Shown piece after piece: positions 16,677 through 32,635 of a stretch of DNA of 64,000 nt (the first letter of the stretch is position 1; every line of letters starts with the position of its first letter). The translations under genes were made by a program, and so were the position numbers. The stretch lies in NCBI RefSeq assembly GCF_009914755.1, contig NC_060931.1; one strand, given 5' to 3'. Under the pieces are notes generated by a model. It was not told the DNA's origin and made no database searches. It saw only the letters and a list, made by a program, of their open reading frames with translations. This DNA is from the human T2T-CHM13v2.0 reference genome, Homo sapiens.

Positions 16677-18230
16677 TAGATAGGCTTAGTTCTAAGTGCT
16701 TTCCCCATCTGTCTTTGCACTGCAGTCTTTCCTCTGGGCTTCAAAATTAGTCTGCTTTGATTAAACACCTTTTTCCAGTCTCTCTTGTTTTGCAGAACCC
16801 TCTGCAAATGGGTGGGATAAATAGGGTGCCTATCCTGTCCAGGTTTTGTAGGATAGCACCCCATGTGTCGCAGCCAAAAGTTAACGACTGGCCCAATGTT
16901 TGCTGACCTGCTTGTCTGAAAAGTCTTCGCTAACCCCAGATATGTATTTCTGTGTGTGTGTGGGGGCAATGCACCCCTTTATACAGAGAATTCTGCAGAA
17001 AGCCATTGCTGAGTAGAAGGTCTTAATCAAATAGACATGGGATACTCACTAATCCAGCCCACCTTCTGCAGAGTACAGCAATCAGAATTGGAAAGAACTT
17101 CCGATATCAACAGGAGTAATTCCGGTAAGGAGTCATCAGCCTTCCCTGGCATTCTCTACCCAAAGCAGCCTTACTTATTTTTCTGCCTCTCCCTACCTCC
17201 ACCGCGCCTCCAATAACCAGGGACTCTACTGCACGTTTGGGCGTAATGTCTCCTATTCATTCCCTAAGCGTTGAAAGGGATAATTGAGAGGTAATTGCAT
17301 TACTGCACAGTTTGTAGTTAACCTTCTATTTTGGCTCTTAACATGCATATCTTTGCTCCAGGAGTACATTAAGGGTAATTATAGGCAATTCCCTGCCAGA
17401 TCCAGAAAAAGCGGTTTGCAATGAGTGCAGGAGCCCACCAGGAAGGAAGGATTAATGTAGCTGAGCTTGAAGCATATCCAAGAAGGTGAATGAATTAAGG
17501 TCAACTTGACATGAACTTTGGCCAAGCAGAGCTGGAAAAATTAGAGTCAGATTAAAGTCCTTTCTTGAGAATTACTGCCTCATAACAAAGCCCAGAGAAA
17601 CTGTCATGCAGTCATTTATTCAACCAAAAATCTGAGTGCCTTCTCTCTGCCGAGCTTTGAGTTGAAGACAGGCAGTGTTTGAAAAGGTTCTCTGGTGCTT
17701 GGCATAGAGTGACATTTGTCATAATCTGTCCATAAAAGAGAGCCTACAAGATCGATCTTTGGGTTCCAGCATGATGTGCTTTAACCCTCAGCAGCATTTA
17801 AAGAAATAAAACGTTGTCATTTCCACTGTGGGCATTTAGGGAAAGTCAATTATTTTCTGTAATTGGGCATGAGCTCCTAGAAAAATGAAATTTATGTGCA
17901 ATACTACTTCCTTCCATCTCAAATGCACAATAATCCAAAGAAAACCTTGAGGATAGAGCCTGAATCCAAATAACAGCACTGCAGTGGGCTTCTCTTCACC
18001 AATCCCAGTTCTAACTCAATTGCTCCATGCCTCAGTTTCCTCACTTGTATAATGAGTGAGCTGTAACAGGTTCACTTTTGTCAGCCAAAAGTGCAACAGG
18101 CACTGTTGTCACTCATGCTTTCTGGTCTGATAAGTCCAAATTTATCTTCTTCCTGCTTAATATTAGGTCCAAATATCTTTAAAGGATGCTATCCAGATGA
18201 GAATATTGTTGAAATTTAATGAATATTTTC

Positions 18231-18988
<758 letters not shown>

Positions 18989-21179
18989 CTGGAAAATTTT
19001 AATTATCTGGCTGGCCAGAGGCAAATGAATAATGTATATTTCTCTATTGGCCAACAAGATTCACTTCTATTGCTTTCCATTGGCTATCGTCAGGGTTTTT
19101 CTCTTTGCCCCTCATCTCCCAGAAGAAAGGCTAGGGAGTAGGGCAGAGAGTTTAGGGCTGAGTTTCACTGACTGTGTGGTTTTCTTTCACAGAAACAGCT
19201 GTGGTAGCTGCTTGAGGGTTCCAGATAATATTAATGAGGATTAATGATCCTGTAAATAGGTGTTTAAAATAAATAAAAAGATGAAAACAAGGATTAGGAA
19301 GAAACTACAGTGGGTTAATAAATGAGATGTTCAATGGCAAGTTCCTACAAGATTATTTTAGCAATTAGTGGGAAACATTTTGTCACAAACAAAATAAATT
19401 CGCAATCAGAAAATAATTTGCAATCAGCTTTGCAAGTAAAATAGCACACTTTCCCATCAGTCAAAGGCGTTTTGAGAATTAAATGATCAAGTCAAGAGTG
19501 ATGCTTTCAGACGGTAAACGGTTAGAACCGATTATCCTGGCAATTAGTCAACTGTGAAGCATCAACTGGGGAGGCATTTCACAGAAAGTATTTCCCTTGA
19601 AGAAGCTGTCCAACCACACGGACAGCAGAAATACCTTGGTGCGGGAGGCTGATGGTGTCTTCCTGGAATTCAGCAAATGCACTCATATAAAATGCTCTAC
19701 AAGCCACTAAGGCGGATGTCACTCTCATAATGGAATCGACCCCCTGCCACACCACATGGGTCGCTTTGTGTGGACAGGTAATGAGTGCCTCAGATATTTT
19801 CAAGGAACTCTATCCTCTTGCATTCTTAGAGATTTCTTTGGAGGCCAAAACGGAGGTTGAAAGTAGTTTCTGCAGATGATTAGCCACTCAAGCAATCAGG
19901 GGCCCACCCTGGAGAGACCATTAATAGTCAAGTTATCAATATTTTACCTAATTTTTACTGCTGACCATAAAGACTCAATTTGGAGGGAACTTAATGAGCA
20001 TATTTCAGGCAGTGACTTTCTCTCCTTAACCTGGCAATAAAATGGAAAATGCATATCAAAAAGAACATAGAGGTTCTCAGTGCACTTACAAGTTTGCTAA
20101 TCCTCCTGCAAAAGATGTGCAGAATTTGTGTACTAAAGGCAGGAAGATTCTAAAGCTGGTTCTCAATGTAGCTCTATATCAGTCAACTGATTGCTATTCA
20201 TGCATTATCCAGTATTTTTCCTCCTAATTTTTCTCTTAAATATTTATAAAACTGGCTTAGGCTGCAAAGATCCAAGAAATAAAATAGAATTATCTTAATA
20301 GAGAAAAGGTTGGGATATGTCATTCTGATTTAGAAAGCCCATTTCATGGTGTGTGTTGGAACAAGAAATAATTAATTTGAAAAGTCCTTGATCTCTGACT
20401 ACAGTTGCATTAATGATATTATAGTATTAAATATAATAGTATTTCACATTCATTATCCTTGTGTTCATTCTGAGCCCTTGTCTTCATGGTAAGAACTGTG
20501 TCCACGGCTGAGAATGATTAAAGCACAAAAGATTAAAACTGAAAGGGCTAATTTTGTGAAGCTGACTATTTACTCTAGATCTTAGCCACTTTGCAACTCA
20601 AATATCTTTTTCTCTCTCCTTTCAGTTTGAAAGAGTTTGGCTAATTCATTCTCATCATTCGCTAACCTTATTTCTTTTACAGTTCCAAGTTTATGTTCTA
20701 CCCAAAGTCAATAAAAGTGAGTTTGTTGATATTCATTCATTTCCACTGAGTTGTTGTGGGCTGCATTTCTCTATCCCCCCTGTTTTTGGTGCTACAGGGG
20801 AGGATGAACAGACCAGTGCCCGTTGGAGCAGCCCACATCCCTGTTGCTCTGGACCAAAGACAGTCGTTGACCAAGGGAAGGCGCTGACCTCTCTCTGTGG
20901 CTCTGTGCACCTCACAACTTGTGAGTGAGCTCTTCCTTCTTATGGATGGGGCCATCCTCCAGATACTGCTGCCACCTTTCTGATTTTCTTCTGCTACAGG
21001 GGATACTCCTACTACCACTAGGGACACTACTCCAGGCCTCTGGCCCATTTCTGGGCACTTCCTTTTCAACCCTCACACTCGGTTCCTGTATTGAACCTCC
21101 TCCTTGTCTCCTGGGATTGCCATGGGTATGATATTCCTATAGCACATTCTGCATGTTTAGAAAATTCCTCATTGAAGAC

Positions 21180-21870
21180 ACTGACAGAGGCTTACTAATA
21201 GGAGGGAGAATGAGGAGAAATTGATTAATGGGTACAAATATATGGATTGATAGAGAAAAATAAGATCTAGTGTTTGATAGATCAGTAGGGTGACTGTAGT
21301 TTACAATAATGTGTTGTACATTTCAAAATAGCCAGAAAAGAATAATTTGAATGTTTCTACCATAAAGAAAGGACAAATATTTAAGGTGATTGATATAGTT
21401 TGGCTGTGTCCCCACCCAAATCTCATCTTGAATTGTAGCTCACATAATTCCCATGTGCTGTGAGAGGGACCTGGTGGGAGATAATTGAATCATGGGGGTG
21501 GGTCTTTCCTCTGCACTGTTCTCATGATAGTGAATAAATCTCACAAGATTCATGGTTTTATAAACGGGAGTTCCCATGTACAAGCTCTCTTGCTTGCCAC
21601 CATGTAAGATGTGACTTTGCTCCTTCTTGTCTTCCACCATAATTGTGAGGCTTCCCCAACCACATGGGACTGTGAGTCAATTAAATTTCTTTCCTTTATA
21701 AATTACCCAGTCTCGGGTATGCCTTTATTAGCAGCATAAAAACAGACTAACACAATGATGGATATCACAATGTACTGATTTGATCTTTACAAATTATATG
21801 AATGCATTAAGTTATCCTGTGCACCCTGAAACTGTGTACATCTATCAAGCATCAATTAAATTTTAAAAAA
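21180..21870 (+). mobile_element. L1MA 3' end interrupted by a THE1 LTR
   Basis: AATGGGTACAAA...TAGGGTGACTGTAGTTTACAATAAT...TTTCAAAATAGC; resumes after the LTR at GATGGATATC. Confidence 0.8.
21391..21754 (+). mobile_element. THE1 solo LTR
   Basis: TGATATAGTTTGGCTGTGTCCCCACCCAAATCTCATCTTGAATTGTAGCTC...CAGACTAACACA; TSD GTGAT/ATGAT. Confidence 0.92.
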
Positions 21871-22130
21871 GAAGGAAAGAGAACTCAATAGGGTGAGAGT
21901 ACCATACAGAAGCCCTTGCTCAGAGTGGCGGAAGACTTTGCTATCCAGGAAGGATGCAGAAGTCCAGCCTCTCATCAACCCTCCCTTTATGCTCTGGAAA
22001 TAAAATGCTCCATTTGATCTGGGGCACTTTCTCATGGAAACCTCTGTCTGCTACTTGATTCTAGTCTGGGACATTCTGTTTTCTCTCTGTGTGCTTGTCA
22101 GAAACACCCAAGGTAAGTGGTTGGGGTCTC

Positions 22131-22203
22131 CTTGCATTTCCATTCATGTAAATCTCTGCATTTCCATTCATGCAACTCTGCATTTCCATTCATGCCACCT
22201 CTG
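22131..22203. repeat. Short tandem repeat, 3 copies of ~23 bp
   Basis: TGCATTTCCATTCATG three times. Confidence 0.85.
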
Positions 22204-22342
22204 TCTTCCTAAAGCCCAGCTCTGATCACTATGTCTTCTTACTGGGATGTTCAATGCCTTCCCATTGCCATCAAGTGAGTTCAGACTCCTTTTCCAACCA
22301 AGCCCAGTCTGTCTTTTAGGGCTTTATCCCATGTCATTTTAG

Positions 22343-23057
<715 letters not shown>

Positions 23058-23319
23058 CTAGTCCATACCATTGCCAGAAGTCCGCTAATAGCACCTTTGT
23101 CTCTCCCTTAGGGCAGTTATTCTACTTTGTTGTCTATTGTAGATATTTGCTTATCTTTTCCCTTTTGTTGTACTGTAACATTTTCTTTTGTGAACCATGT
23201 GCCCATTACTATGACTTGTGAAATAACTGATTCAATATCAATGTTCAGGGAATGGAGTACCTAGAAAGTGGAATTGAGCTGAATTTGTGGGTCCGTTTTT
23301 GCTGTGATTGGGAGCTGCC

Positions 23320-23650
23320 TTGTACAAGATAGGCTATGTCATGCTGCAGTAACAAACAAGCCCTGCAATCTCAGTGGCTCAACAGAATTAATGTTTATTT
23401 CTGCTCTTGATGTCATCTGATGCAGGTCTTGCACTTCTCCAGGGCATGTCTCTGCCTTGTTGGGGATCCAGGTAGCTATGCCATCCGGGATTCATGGTCT
23501 TCATAATCACAGTGACAGGTGGAGAATGCTGAGTAAGGTTTTCAACTGCCAAGACTGGACATGGTGGCTATCACTTCCATCACTTCTGACATCCTGTTGT
23601 CCAGACATGGTCACATGGCTGCACCTATATTCTGAGGCTGGGAAATGACT
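23320..23650 (-). mobile_element. MLT1J/I-like MaLR LTR
   Basis: GATAGGCTATGTCATGCTGCAGTAACAAACAAGCCC...TCTCAGTGGCTCAAC. Confidence 0.65.
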
Positions 23651-23664
23651 CTGTAGGCAGAGAC

Positions 23665-23912
23665 ATCTATCAATCAATCAATCTGTCTATTGTCTATCTC
23701 TTTATGTATCTATCATCTCTCTCTCTTTATCTCTTTATCTATCTCTCGTCTTTCCTATCTCTTTATCTATCATCTTTCTCTCTTTATCTCTTTATGTATC
23801 TATCTATCTATGATCTATGTATTATCTCTCTTTATCTCTTTATCTATGATCTATCTATCTGTCTATCATCTCTCTCTTTATCTCTCTCTCTCTCTATCTA
23901 TCTACCTATCTA
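23665..23912. repeat. (TCTA)/(TC)-rich compound simple repeat
   Basis: Direct reading. Confidence 0.9.
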
Positions 23913-23918
23913 TGAATA

Positions 23919-24442
23919 TGTTAGAGATATTCGAACCAGAGTGACTCCATCTTGAGTGAGGGCTAGGAAAATGAGGCTGGGACCTGCTGGGCTCCATTCC
24001 CAGAAAGTCAGGCATTCCTAGCCTCTAGATGTTTATGGTTAAGAGAACAGATTGGTAATGTTGACTAAACAGACCCAGACTTAGGAGTGTCCTGATATCC
24101 CGATATCTTGAGGACAGACGCATTCCTAATTTTGCTTTAAAGATAATATCGATTCTTGCAAAATATAGTCATTAGGAAAATTAATCCTTTATCACAAACC
24201 CTTGTAGCAGAGCACATCTACCCATCATCTATTTTTATCCTATATATAAACAAGTATTGTACCTAGGGTGGACGCGTTCCTCCTCTTACTTTTGGGAATG
24301 CCCTACTCTGTCTATAGAGTAGCTCTTTGTTCTTTCACCACTTTTGCTTTGCTTTGCACTGTGGACTCGCCCTGAATTATTTCTTGTGGGAGATCCAAGA
24401 ACCCTCTCTTGGAGTCTGGATCAGGACCCCTTTCTGGTAACA
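23919..24442 (+). mobile_element. MER41-family ERV1 solo LTR (C/D-like) with GAS motif
   Basis: TGTTAGAG...GAACCAGAGTGACTCCATCTTG...AGATCCAAGAACCCTCTCTTGG...GGTAACA; TTCCCAGAA at 23997-24005. Confidence 0.88.
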
Positions 24443-24739
24443 CATCCATCTAACTATCTGTTGATCTATTCACAAACATAAATATTTAACAGGATGAGAG
24501 CAAAGATTGTTCACTGGTGTGCTTAAAATTGGGTCCAGGTGATTCTGATGGATACCGCTTTTTGGGAATCCCTGCACAGACTAGTGACAGGAGCAGACCT
24601 GGAAGTAAGTGGTATGCACAGAGCGAGGCAAGAAATATCGTGTACAAAGAGGTGACTGCTTCTGTCCCAGCATTTCTGGAAAGGCTTCCTGGAGTATGAG
24701 GAAAAGGAAATAAACAGTTATTATTATGATTGCTTCTTA

Positions 24740-25026
<287 letters not shown>

Positions 25027-25229
25027 GAAATAAACAGTTATTGAATATCTACCATGGTCATCTTCCCTAAGTCTCAGAACAATAACTATGGTGTTATTAT
25101 CTCCATTCTGGAGAGAAGTAAACTGAGGCTAATTCACTTGCCCAAAGCAACATAGCTAGGAAGTGGGAGAGCTTGGATTTTAACCCAAATGAAGTGGTAC
25201 TTTAGTTGTATCTTGAAGAATGAGTGATG

Positions 25230-25720
25230 TGTACCAGCTGGTTTTTGACACAGAATTGCTGAGTAACAGGCCACCCAGAGCCTCTCATTAAATCAAAATT
25301 TATTCTCATAGACCTGTGGATCTGCTTGGGGTTGGCTGACATGGACTGATCTTGGTTGGGCTCAGTTAGGCTCCCTGGGGGTGGCTGGGGACTGGCTGAT
25401 CGAGGCTGGATTCAAGTAAGGTGTGTCTTTTTTATGGACCAGCAGGTTGGTCCACAGTGTGCTCTTATGGTGATGACAAAGACACAAGAGGGCACATGGG
25501 AATTTCTGAGACCTCTTAAAGCCTAGGCTTGGACCTGGGACCCTACCACTTCCACCTCATTCTGTTGAGCCAAAGCAAGTCATGTGGTCGAACCCAAAGT
25601 CAAGGGATAGGGAAGTGTGCTCTGCCATTTTCCTGAGGGGACGTGCAAAATTACATGGCAAAGACAGTGGATATAAATAAGGAAGTGTGAAGAACTGGGT
25701 CCCGTAATATAGCCTAACAC
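25230..25720 (-). mobile_element. MLT1-family MaLR LTR
   Basis: CACTTCCACCTCATTCTGTTGAGCCAAAGCAAGTCATGTGG...AAAATTACATGGCAAAG. Confidence 0.65.
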
Positions 25721-25849
25721 TGGTGGATTTCCAAGAAACTTGGAGGCAAAAAAGGAAAGTGAATAAAGAAGAGGACAGAGAAAAAGGAAGAAAAAAGAAA
25801 TATTTCTTGAGCTTCTATCCTATTTGCAGGCTACGGGCACTAGGATATT

Positions 25850-26152
25850 TTTCTTTATTTTTAATTTTAGAGGCAGGGTCTAACTCTGTTGTCCAGGCTG
25901 AAGTATAGTGGCACGATCCTAGCTCACTGCAGCCTCAAAATCCTGAGCTCAAGCGATTCACCCCCCTCAGCCTTTTAAATAGCTGGGGCTATAGGTAGAC
26001 ACCATCACACCTGGGTAAATTAAAAAAAAATTTTAAGAGAAAGGGCCTGGCTATGCTGTCCAGATTGCTCTCAAACTCCTGGGCTCAAATGCTTTTCCTG
26101 CCTTGATCTCCCAAAGCACTGGTATTGCGAGCATCAACCAGCACACCTGGCC
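25850..26152 (-). mobile_element. AluJ-like element
   Basis: Diverged antisense Alu; TSD CTAGGATATTTTT. Confidence 0.88.
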
Positions 26153-26309
26153 TCTAGGATATTTTTTGTATATTTGATTCTGCCTTTACAATCACCTTGT
26201 CTAAAATAGGTTTTAGTATCTCCTTTTTGGAGAGGAAAACCCCCTCAGCAATTCAGAGGAGTAAAGAAACTTTCCCATGGCTACTTAATGATCATTGTAC
26301 AGCCAGAAT

Positions 26310-27085
<776 letters not shown>

Positions 27086-27149
27086 AAGCCAAAAAACAAC
27101 GCGAATTCAAGTCTGTCTCACTCTTCAGGCTGTGCTTTTGCCTTTAAAA

Positions 27150-27367
27150 CAGAGGTTAGTAACTTTTTTTGCAAAGGGCCAGGAAGAGAATGTTTTATGC
27201 TTGGCAGGCTATCAAATCTTTGCAGTAACTCCTCAACCCTGTCATAATAGTGCCGAAGCCGCCATTGCAATGCATAAACAAATGGACATCGATGTATTCC
27301 AGTAAAATGTTATTTACAAAAGCAGGCAGTGGGCCGTTGTCACAGGCTAGAGTTTTGACAGCCCCTG
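27150..27367 (+). mobile_element. MER58A hAT-Charlie DNA transposon
   Basis: CAGAGGTTAGTAAC...AAAGGGCCAG...TTATTTACAAAAGCAGGCAGTGGGCC...GCCCCTG. Confidence 0.8.
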
Positions 27368-27829
27368 CTCTAAATCGCCTCCTTTTATGGGGTCTGGTGC
27401 AATCCTGGAGAGGACTCTAGATGGAAAGAAAAACATGTAAGAGGATGTGGATGTGTGGGAGCCTATGATGGCTTCAAGAGATGGAGAGGAATTTGAGGAG
27501 ATGGGAGCAGATGGTGCTAATCTGAGGTCTGGGAATTGAGGGAACAGAAGATGCTGAGCATGTATTTGGGGCCTGAGTCATCATGGGTCTGCTTGTTGAG
27601 CAAAGCTCTACCATGGATCAAGGTCTTTGCTAGGCTTTGAGAGCACCCAATAGAAGGTGAAGATCAGTTCTTGTCTTTGAAAGAGGTGACAATTTGGAAG
27701 GAAGAGAGAGACCTGGAAAGAAATGGTAAAAGGGTAAGAGTGCGCAAAGTGTGGAGGCAGTGAAGTTCTGAGTCTGTTACGAGAACACTTTAAGTGAAGT
27801 CCCATCATAGGGTATCATTTATGGTGCTT

Positions 27830-28249
<420 letters not shown>

Positions 28250-28679
28250 TAAATGTAGACATACATTTTTGGAGACTGAAGCTGGTACTACTATTTGAAA
28301 GAGTTAACACATTCCACTTGGAAGGGAAAAACAACCATGTGGTGACAAAGAATTCGTTCCCTTCTTTGGGTGGCAGCCACAGGATTCCTCGCCAATTAGT
28401 AGCATCTGGTCCTCATAGAAGATTCATCCCTGGGTGAGCTGGCAGGTACCTCTGGATGTGACACTCTGTGAAGTTCCTGATGGCCCATCTGTGATGTCTT
28501 CCCTTCCCAGATACCGCAGTCTTCCCTCCCCCTTTCCAACCCGTCTGCCTTTCATTTGAAATATTTTTAAACACTTAGAACTGAAAGCAGGACTATCTCC
28601 AGCTTTTTTTTTTTTTTTTTTAGAGACTAGGGTGAGATTCTGAATTGGTTTTTCCAAATTTCATAAAAGAAGATAGCTA

Positions 28680-28960
28680 AGACAATAATAGCTATGATTT
28701 ATTGAGCATATATATATATATAATATATATATATATATATGTATATATACTAGGACCTATGTTCAACATTTTACATTCACCATCTCATTTAATTATCAAA
28801 ACAACAGTGTGAGGGTGGAGATGCCGTTATTATTGCAATTAACAAAGGAGGAACTCATGTCTCAGAAAGGTGCTTCCCCTGGCCAAGGTCATGCAGTTCC
28901 TAAGTGTTGCAGCCAGGGTTCCAGCCCGGTGTTGCATGAATCTACAGTTCAGACTCCAAC
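28680..28960 (-). mobile_element. MIR with an internal (TA)n tract (28708-28749)
   Basis: TTTATTGAGCA...CTCATTTAAT...GGCCAAGGTCATGCAG. Confidence 0.7.
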
Positions 28961-29234
28961 ATCTTACATATGGGGAGATCCGAAATTCAGGTTGTATAGA
29001 AGTAGAAGTTTAAATGGTGACATTTCAGAGAGGGGAGTCCCGTTTTGTTCAGCTTTTGGGCAAAATTCAGGCCCCATCATTCTAGGGGTCCCTTCCTAAA
29101 TTTTCATAATAGTACAGCATGCCTTATAATACTGTATACGGTTTGACAGCTTCTAAGATGCTTTTACAGATATTAAAGGACATTAAGAGGCAGTCCTTGG
29201 CTCAAGGAGCTCCAAGAGTCCAGTGCTTTCTTAA

Positions 29235-29825
29235 TGTGAGAAACAAACTCACCCATCCGAACCCAAAGAATGGACTCAAGAGACCTGGAGAACAGCAAAC
29301 GTGAGACTTTTAATGACAGTCTTGCAAGATTGGGTATCTGATAGGCAGGCACACCCAGCACACTTTCAACAAGCAATTTATCCCCTAGTGTGCAGGTCCC
29401 TCTCCTGGTTCCTCATAGGCTGAGTACTATGGGGTTACAATCTTCCCGGACGTCACCTGTTGGTTGTTGGGTAGGGGCTTCAGGTGTTTTCTCTAGGGTT
29501 ATCTTGCTGCATTTTGTTGCAGCCCACAATGCATTGCAATCCTAGTTAGCTCAGGGGCTCTTTAAGTCTTTGACTTATGACCTTTGTAGCTGGGCAGACT
29601 GGTAAGAACAGACAAAGTGAGCTATTTTGCGGGCTAGTAAACTTTCATCTTAGACTGAACAATTTTGGTTTGGGTGAGGGCAGCTAAGCCGAGGGAGGCG
29701 ACAAGCAGGCCTTGCCTATCCAAGCAGGGGCCTAGTATATCCTGTTTCTTCTGTAGTTTGGTGACCTAAGCTGGTTTAAGACACTTTGTCTTGGAAATGA
29801 ACTACTGTATACATTATTTCCTTCA
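29235..29825 (-). mobile_element. ~590 bp ERV solo LTR (tentatively LTR18B-like)
   Basis: TG...CA termini; reverse strand begins TGAAGGAAATAATGTATACAGT; subfamily from memory only. Confidence 0.6.
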
Positions 29826-30372
29826 TTTAGATTCCCAGATATTTTATTTTCCTTTTTTAGGAAGATCAGGGGTGTCTCCTAGAACTCTTCTATACCTGCT
29901 GTTCTCAGAAATTCTGGTCCATCACAGGTCTCCCCTCCTTCCCCAACCCGTCTAAACCTAATTAACCAGGCTGTTTTCCCAATAGACTCCACTGAGAGGG
30001 TAGGAAAGAATGAGGTCCAGCATGTGATTCAGACACATCATCTTCATTCACTGGGAAAGAAAAGGCCTGGGTCTTAATGAGAAATAAAGAATTCTATGGA
30101 TGAATCCTTCAGTTTCCTGTCAAAAGCCCAGATTGAGAAATTTAGAGTTGCCCAGCTCGTGGTCTTTTATTTTAAGTAACAGTGGGATAAATGGGCTCTG
30201 GTAGCAATCGAATACACTAGTTATCTTCCTAAATTGATGATACATCTGGCTACTTCACCCCTTTTCAATTTCAAATGCAATTTGTCTGAAGCCTCCAATT
30301 TAAACCACAGAGATCTTCTCTAAACTAAATAATAGGCTACACAACTCGCTGGCTTCCCATGAAAAGACAAAG

Positions 30373-30374
30373 GC

Positions 30375-30408
<34 letters not shown>

Positions 30409-30416
30409 ATGTGCAC
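30373..30416. repeat. (TG)n(CG)n alternating purine-pyrimidine tract
   Basis: GCGTGTGTG...TGCGCGCGCGCACATGTGCAC. Confidence 0.9.
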
Positions 30417-30819
30417 TTGCACTCACTCGCATGGTGGGGAAAATGGATTGAGGTTGATGAGAAGAGATGCATTCCAACTGATGATTGAATTTAAAGCTCT
30501 TTCATTTCTACTGGGGATCTGAGATCTGATGAAATTTTCATTTCTACTAGGCCCAACATGCCATGATTTCCAATATAGATAGAGACTTGGGGCCTTGGAT
30601 AGCTGAGCAATCCTGGGCAAACCTATACTGCCCTCTCTCAATTCCACCCTGTGCTGGCCGCAGGGTTCATCACAGGTCTCCGAGCCATTTCTGGGCTTCC
30701 TAACTGGTTCTCACCTCTAGTGTCGCCATCTCCACCCCACTTCCAAGCACCTGTCAACAAGTATTTTTTTTAACATGCAAATCTGCTCGGTCACTTCTCT
30801 TCTCAGACACACACCCTTG

Positions 30820-31374
30820 TGTCTTACCTGAAAGGGTCCCAGACCCGGACCCCAAGAGAGGGTTCTTGGATCTCGTGCAAGAAAGAATTCAGGGCGAGTC
30901 CATAGAGTAAAGGGAAAACAAGTTAATTCAGAAAGTAAAGGAATGAAGACTGGCTATTCCATAGACAGAGCAGACCCGAGGGGTGCTGGTTGCCCATTTT
31001 TATGGTTATTTCTTGATAATATGCTAAACAAGGGGTGGATTATTCATGCCTACCCCTTTTAGACCATATAGGGTAACTTCTTGATGTTGCCATGGCATTT
31101 GTAAACTGTCATGGCGCTGGTGGGAGTGTAGCAGTGAGGACAACCAGAGGTCACTCTCGTCACCATCTTGGTTTTGGTGGGTTTTAGCCAGCTTCTTTAC
31201 TGCAATCTGTTTTATCAGCAAGGTATTTATGACCTGTATCTTGTGCTGACCTCCTATATCATCCTGTGACTTAGACGGCCTAAACAGTCTGGGAATGCAG
31301 CTGAGTAGGTTTCAGCCTTATTTTACCCAACTCCTATTCAAGATGAAGTTGCTCTGGTTCACACGCCTCTGACA
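30820..31374 (-). mobile_element. MER41A/B-like ERV1 solo LTR
   Basis: CCCCAAGAGAGGGTTCTTGGATCTC...CAAGATGAAGTTGCTCTGGTTC...CCTCTGACA; 4 bp TSD CTTG. Confidence 0.9.
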
Positions 31375-32635
31375 CTTGTGGGCTTCTTATTGCTACTGAA
31401 TTCAGAAGAGACTCCAGGTGAACAAAACCCTCTTCCAAGTGCATCCACAACCAAGGCATGTCATCTTTGTCATCCACTGCAGATACCTCCCATTTCCAGG
31501 ACATGTCCTCTCTCTGCTCCCTGAGGGCCCCATTGCTCTCCCACCTTGACCCTTGTCCATCATGTTCCCAGTGCCAGAATCATCTTACTCCCTCCTCCTC
31601 CCACCCACTCATGCTTAACAGAAGTACTTTTTTGTTTCTGGAATGGCACAGCATAAAATTTGTAAGAGTTGGAAGGATTCTTTGAAGTTGGGAAATTCAA
31701 TTTCTATGGAAATGCTATTTTCTCATTTCCAAGTCCTCTGCAAGATCCTGCTCAAATGTTGCTTCCTCTGGAAGCAGGCTGTCACTCTCCTGGCAAGTTA
31801 TAGGTGCTTAAGAAATGTGTGATACATTAATGCATGAATAAATATATGGGTGGAAGAGCAAAAGGTCTTTTTAGTTTATTTTGTCCAATGCTATGGAGTC
31901 ACAAACTCAGTTTTTTTTTTTTTTTTTCAGAACTAAAGATGAACTGGTCAAACCTCAGACTGAGAGAGAGATTAGGTGACTTAATCAATGTCACGTGGTG
32001 AATCAGCACCAGAAGTAAGTAGGACTAGAACACAGGATTCCTAATTCTGAGCCCAGACCTTTTTCTTTGCTTCTGCATCAGTTGTTCTGTTTGTCACATC
32101 TATGGGGCGTCTTCAGGCAGTAGAGACTGGTTGGCCACTTGGCGGATTCCTCTTTCTCACTCCATGACTCTTTTGTAAGATATCGCGTTAATTCCCTCAT
32201 TTTGCAGACCTTTCTTGAGTGACTGTTATGTGTGGGACTTCAAAGCTGAGAAAGACACAGTTTGGACCCCCAAGGACCTCCGGCTAGATTGGAGGTAACA
32301 GGAGAATGTGAGGGGAACACAGAACAAGAATTCTAGTGTGGGGAGGGCTGAGAGGTTTGGGGAGATTATTTCTGAGGATGAGACATTTAAGTTGAGACTG
32401 GAAGGTGAACAGGACCTTCCAAGAGGACTATGAGGGTGAAGAGAGTGATCCCTATGGAGAGAAGGTCACGTACTGAGGTCCTGTGGTATGAAAGCTCATG
32501 GTGTGTTTGGGGTCACATGTCTGGACGAGGGGATTGACAGTGGGAAGGGGGCCTGAGAATGTAGGTGGGGTCAGCTGTCCAAGGGCGATGTGTACCATGC
32601 TAAGGAGATGGTACCTTGTCCTATGAGCAGGGGGA

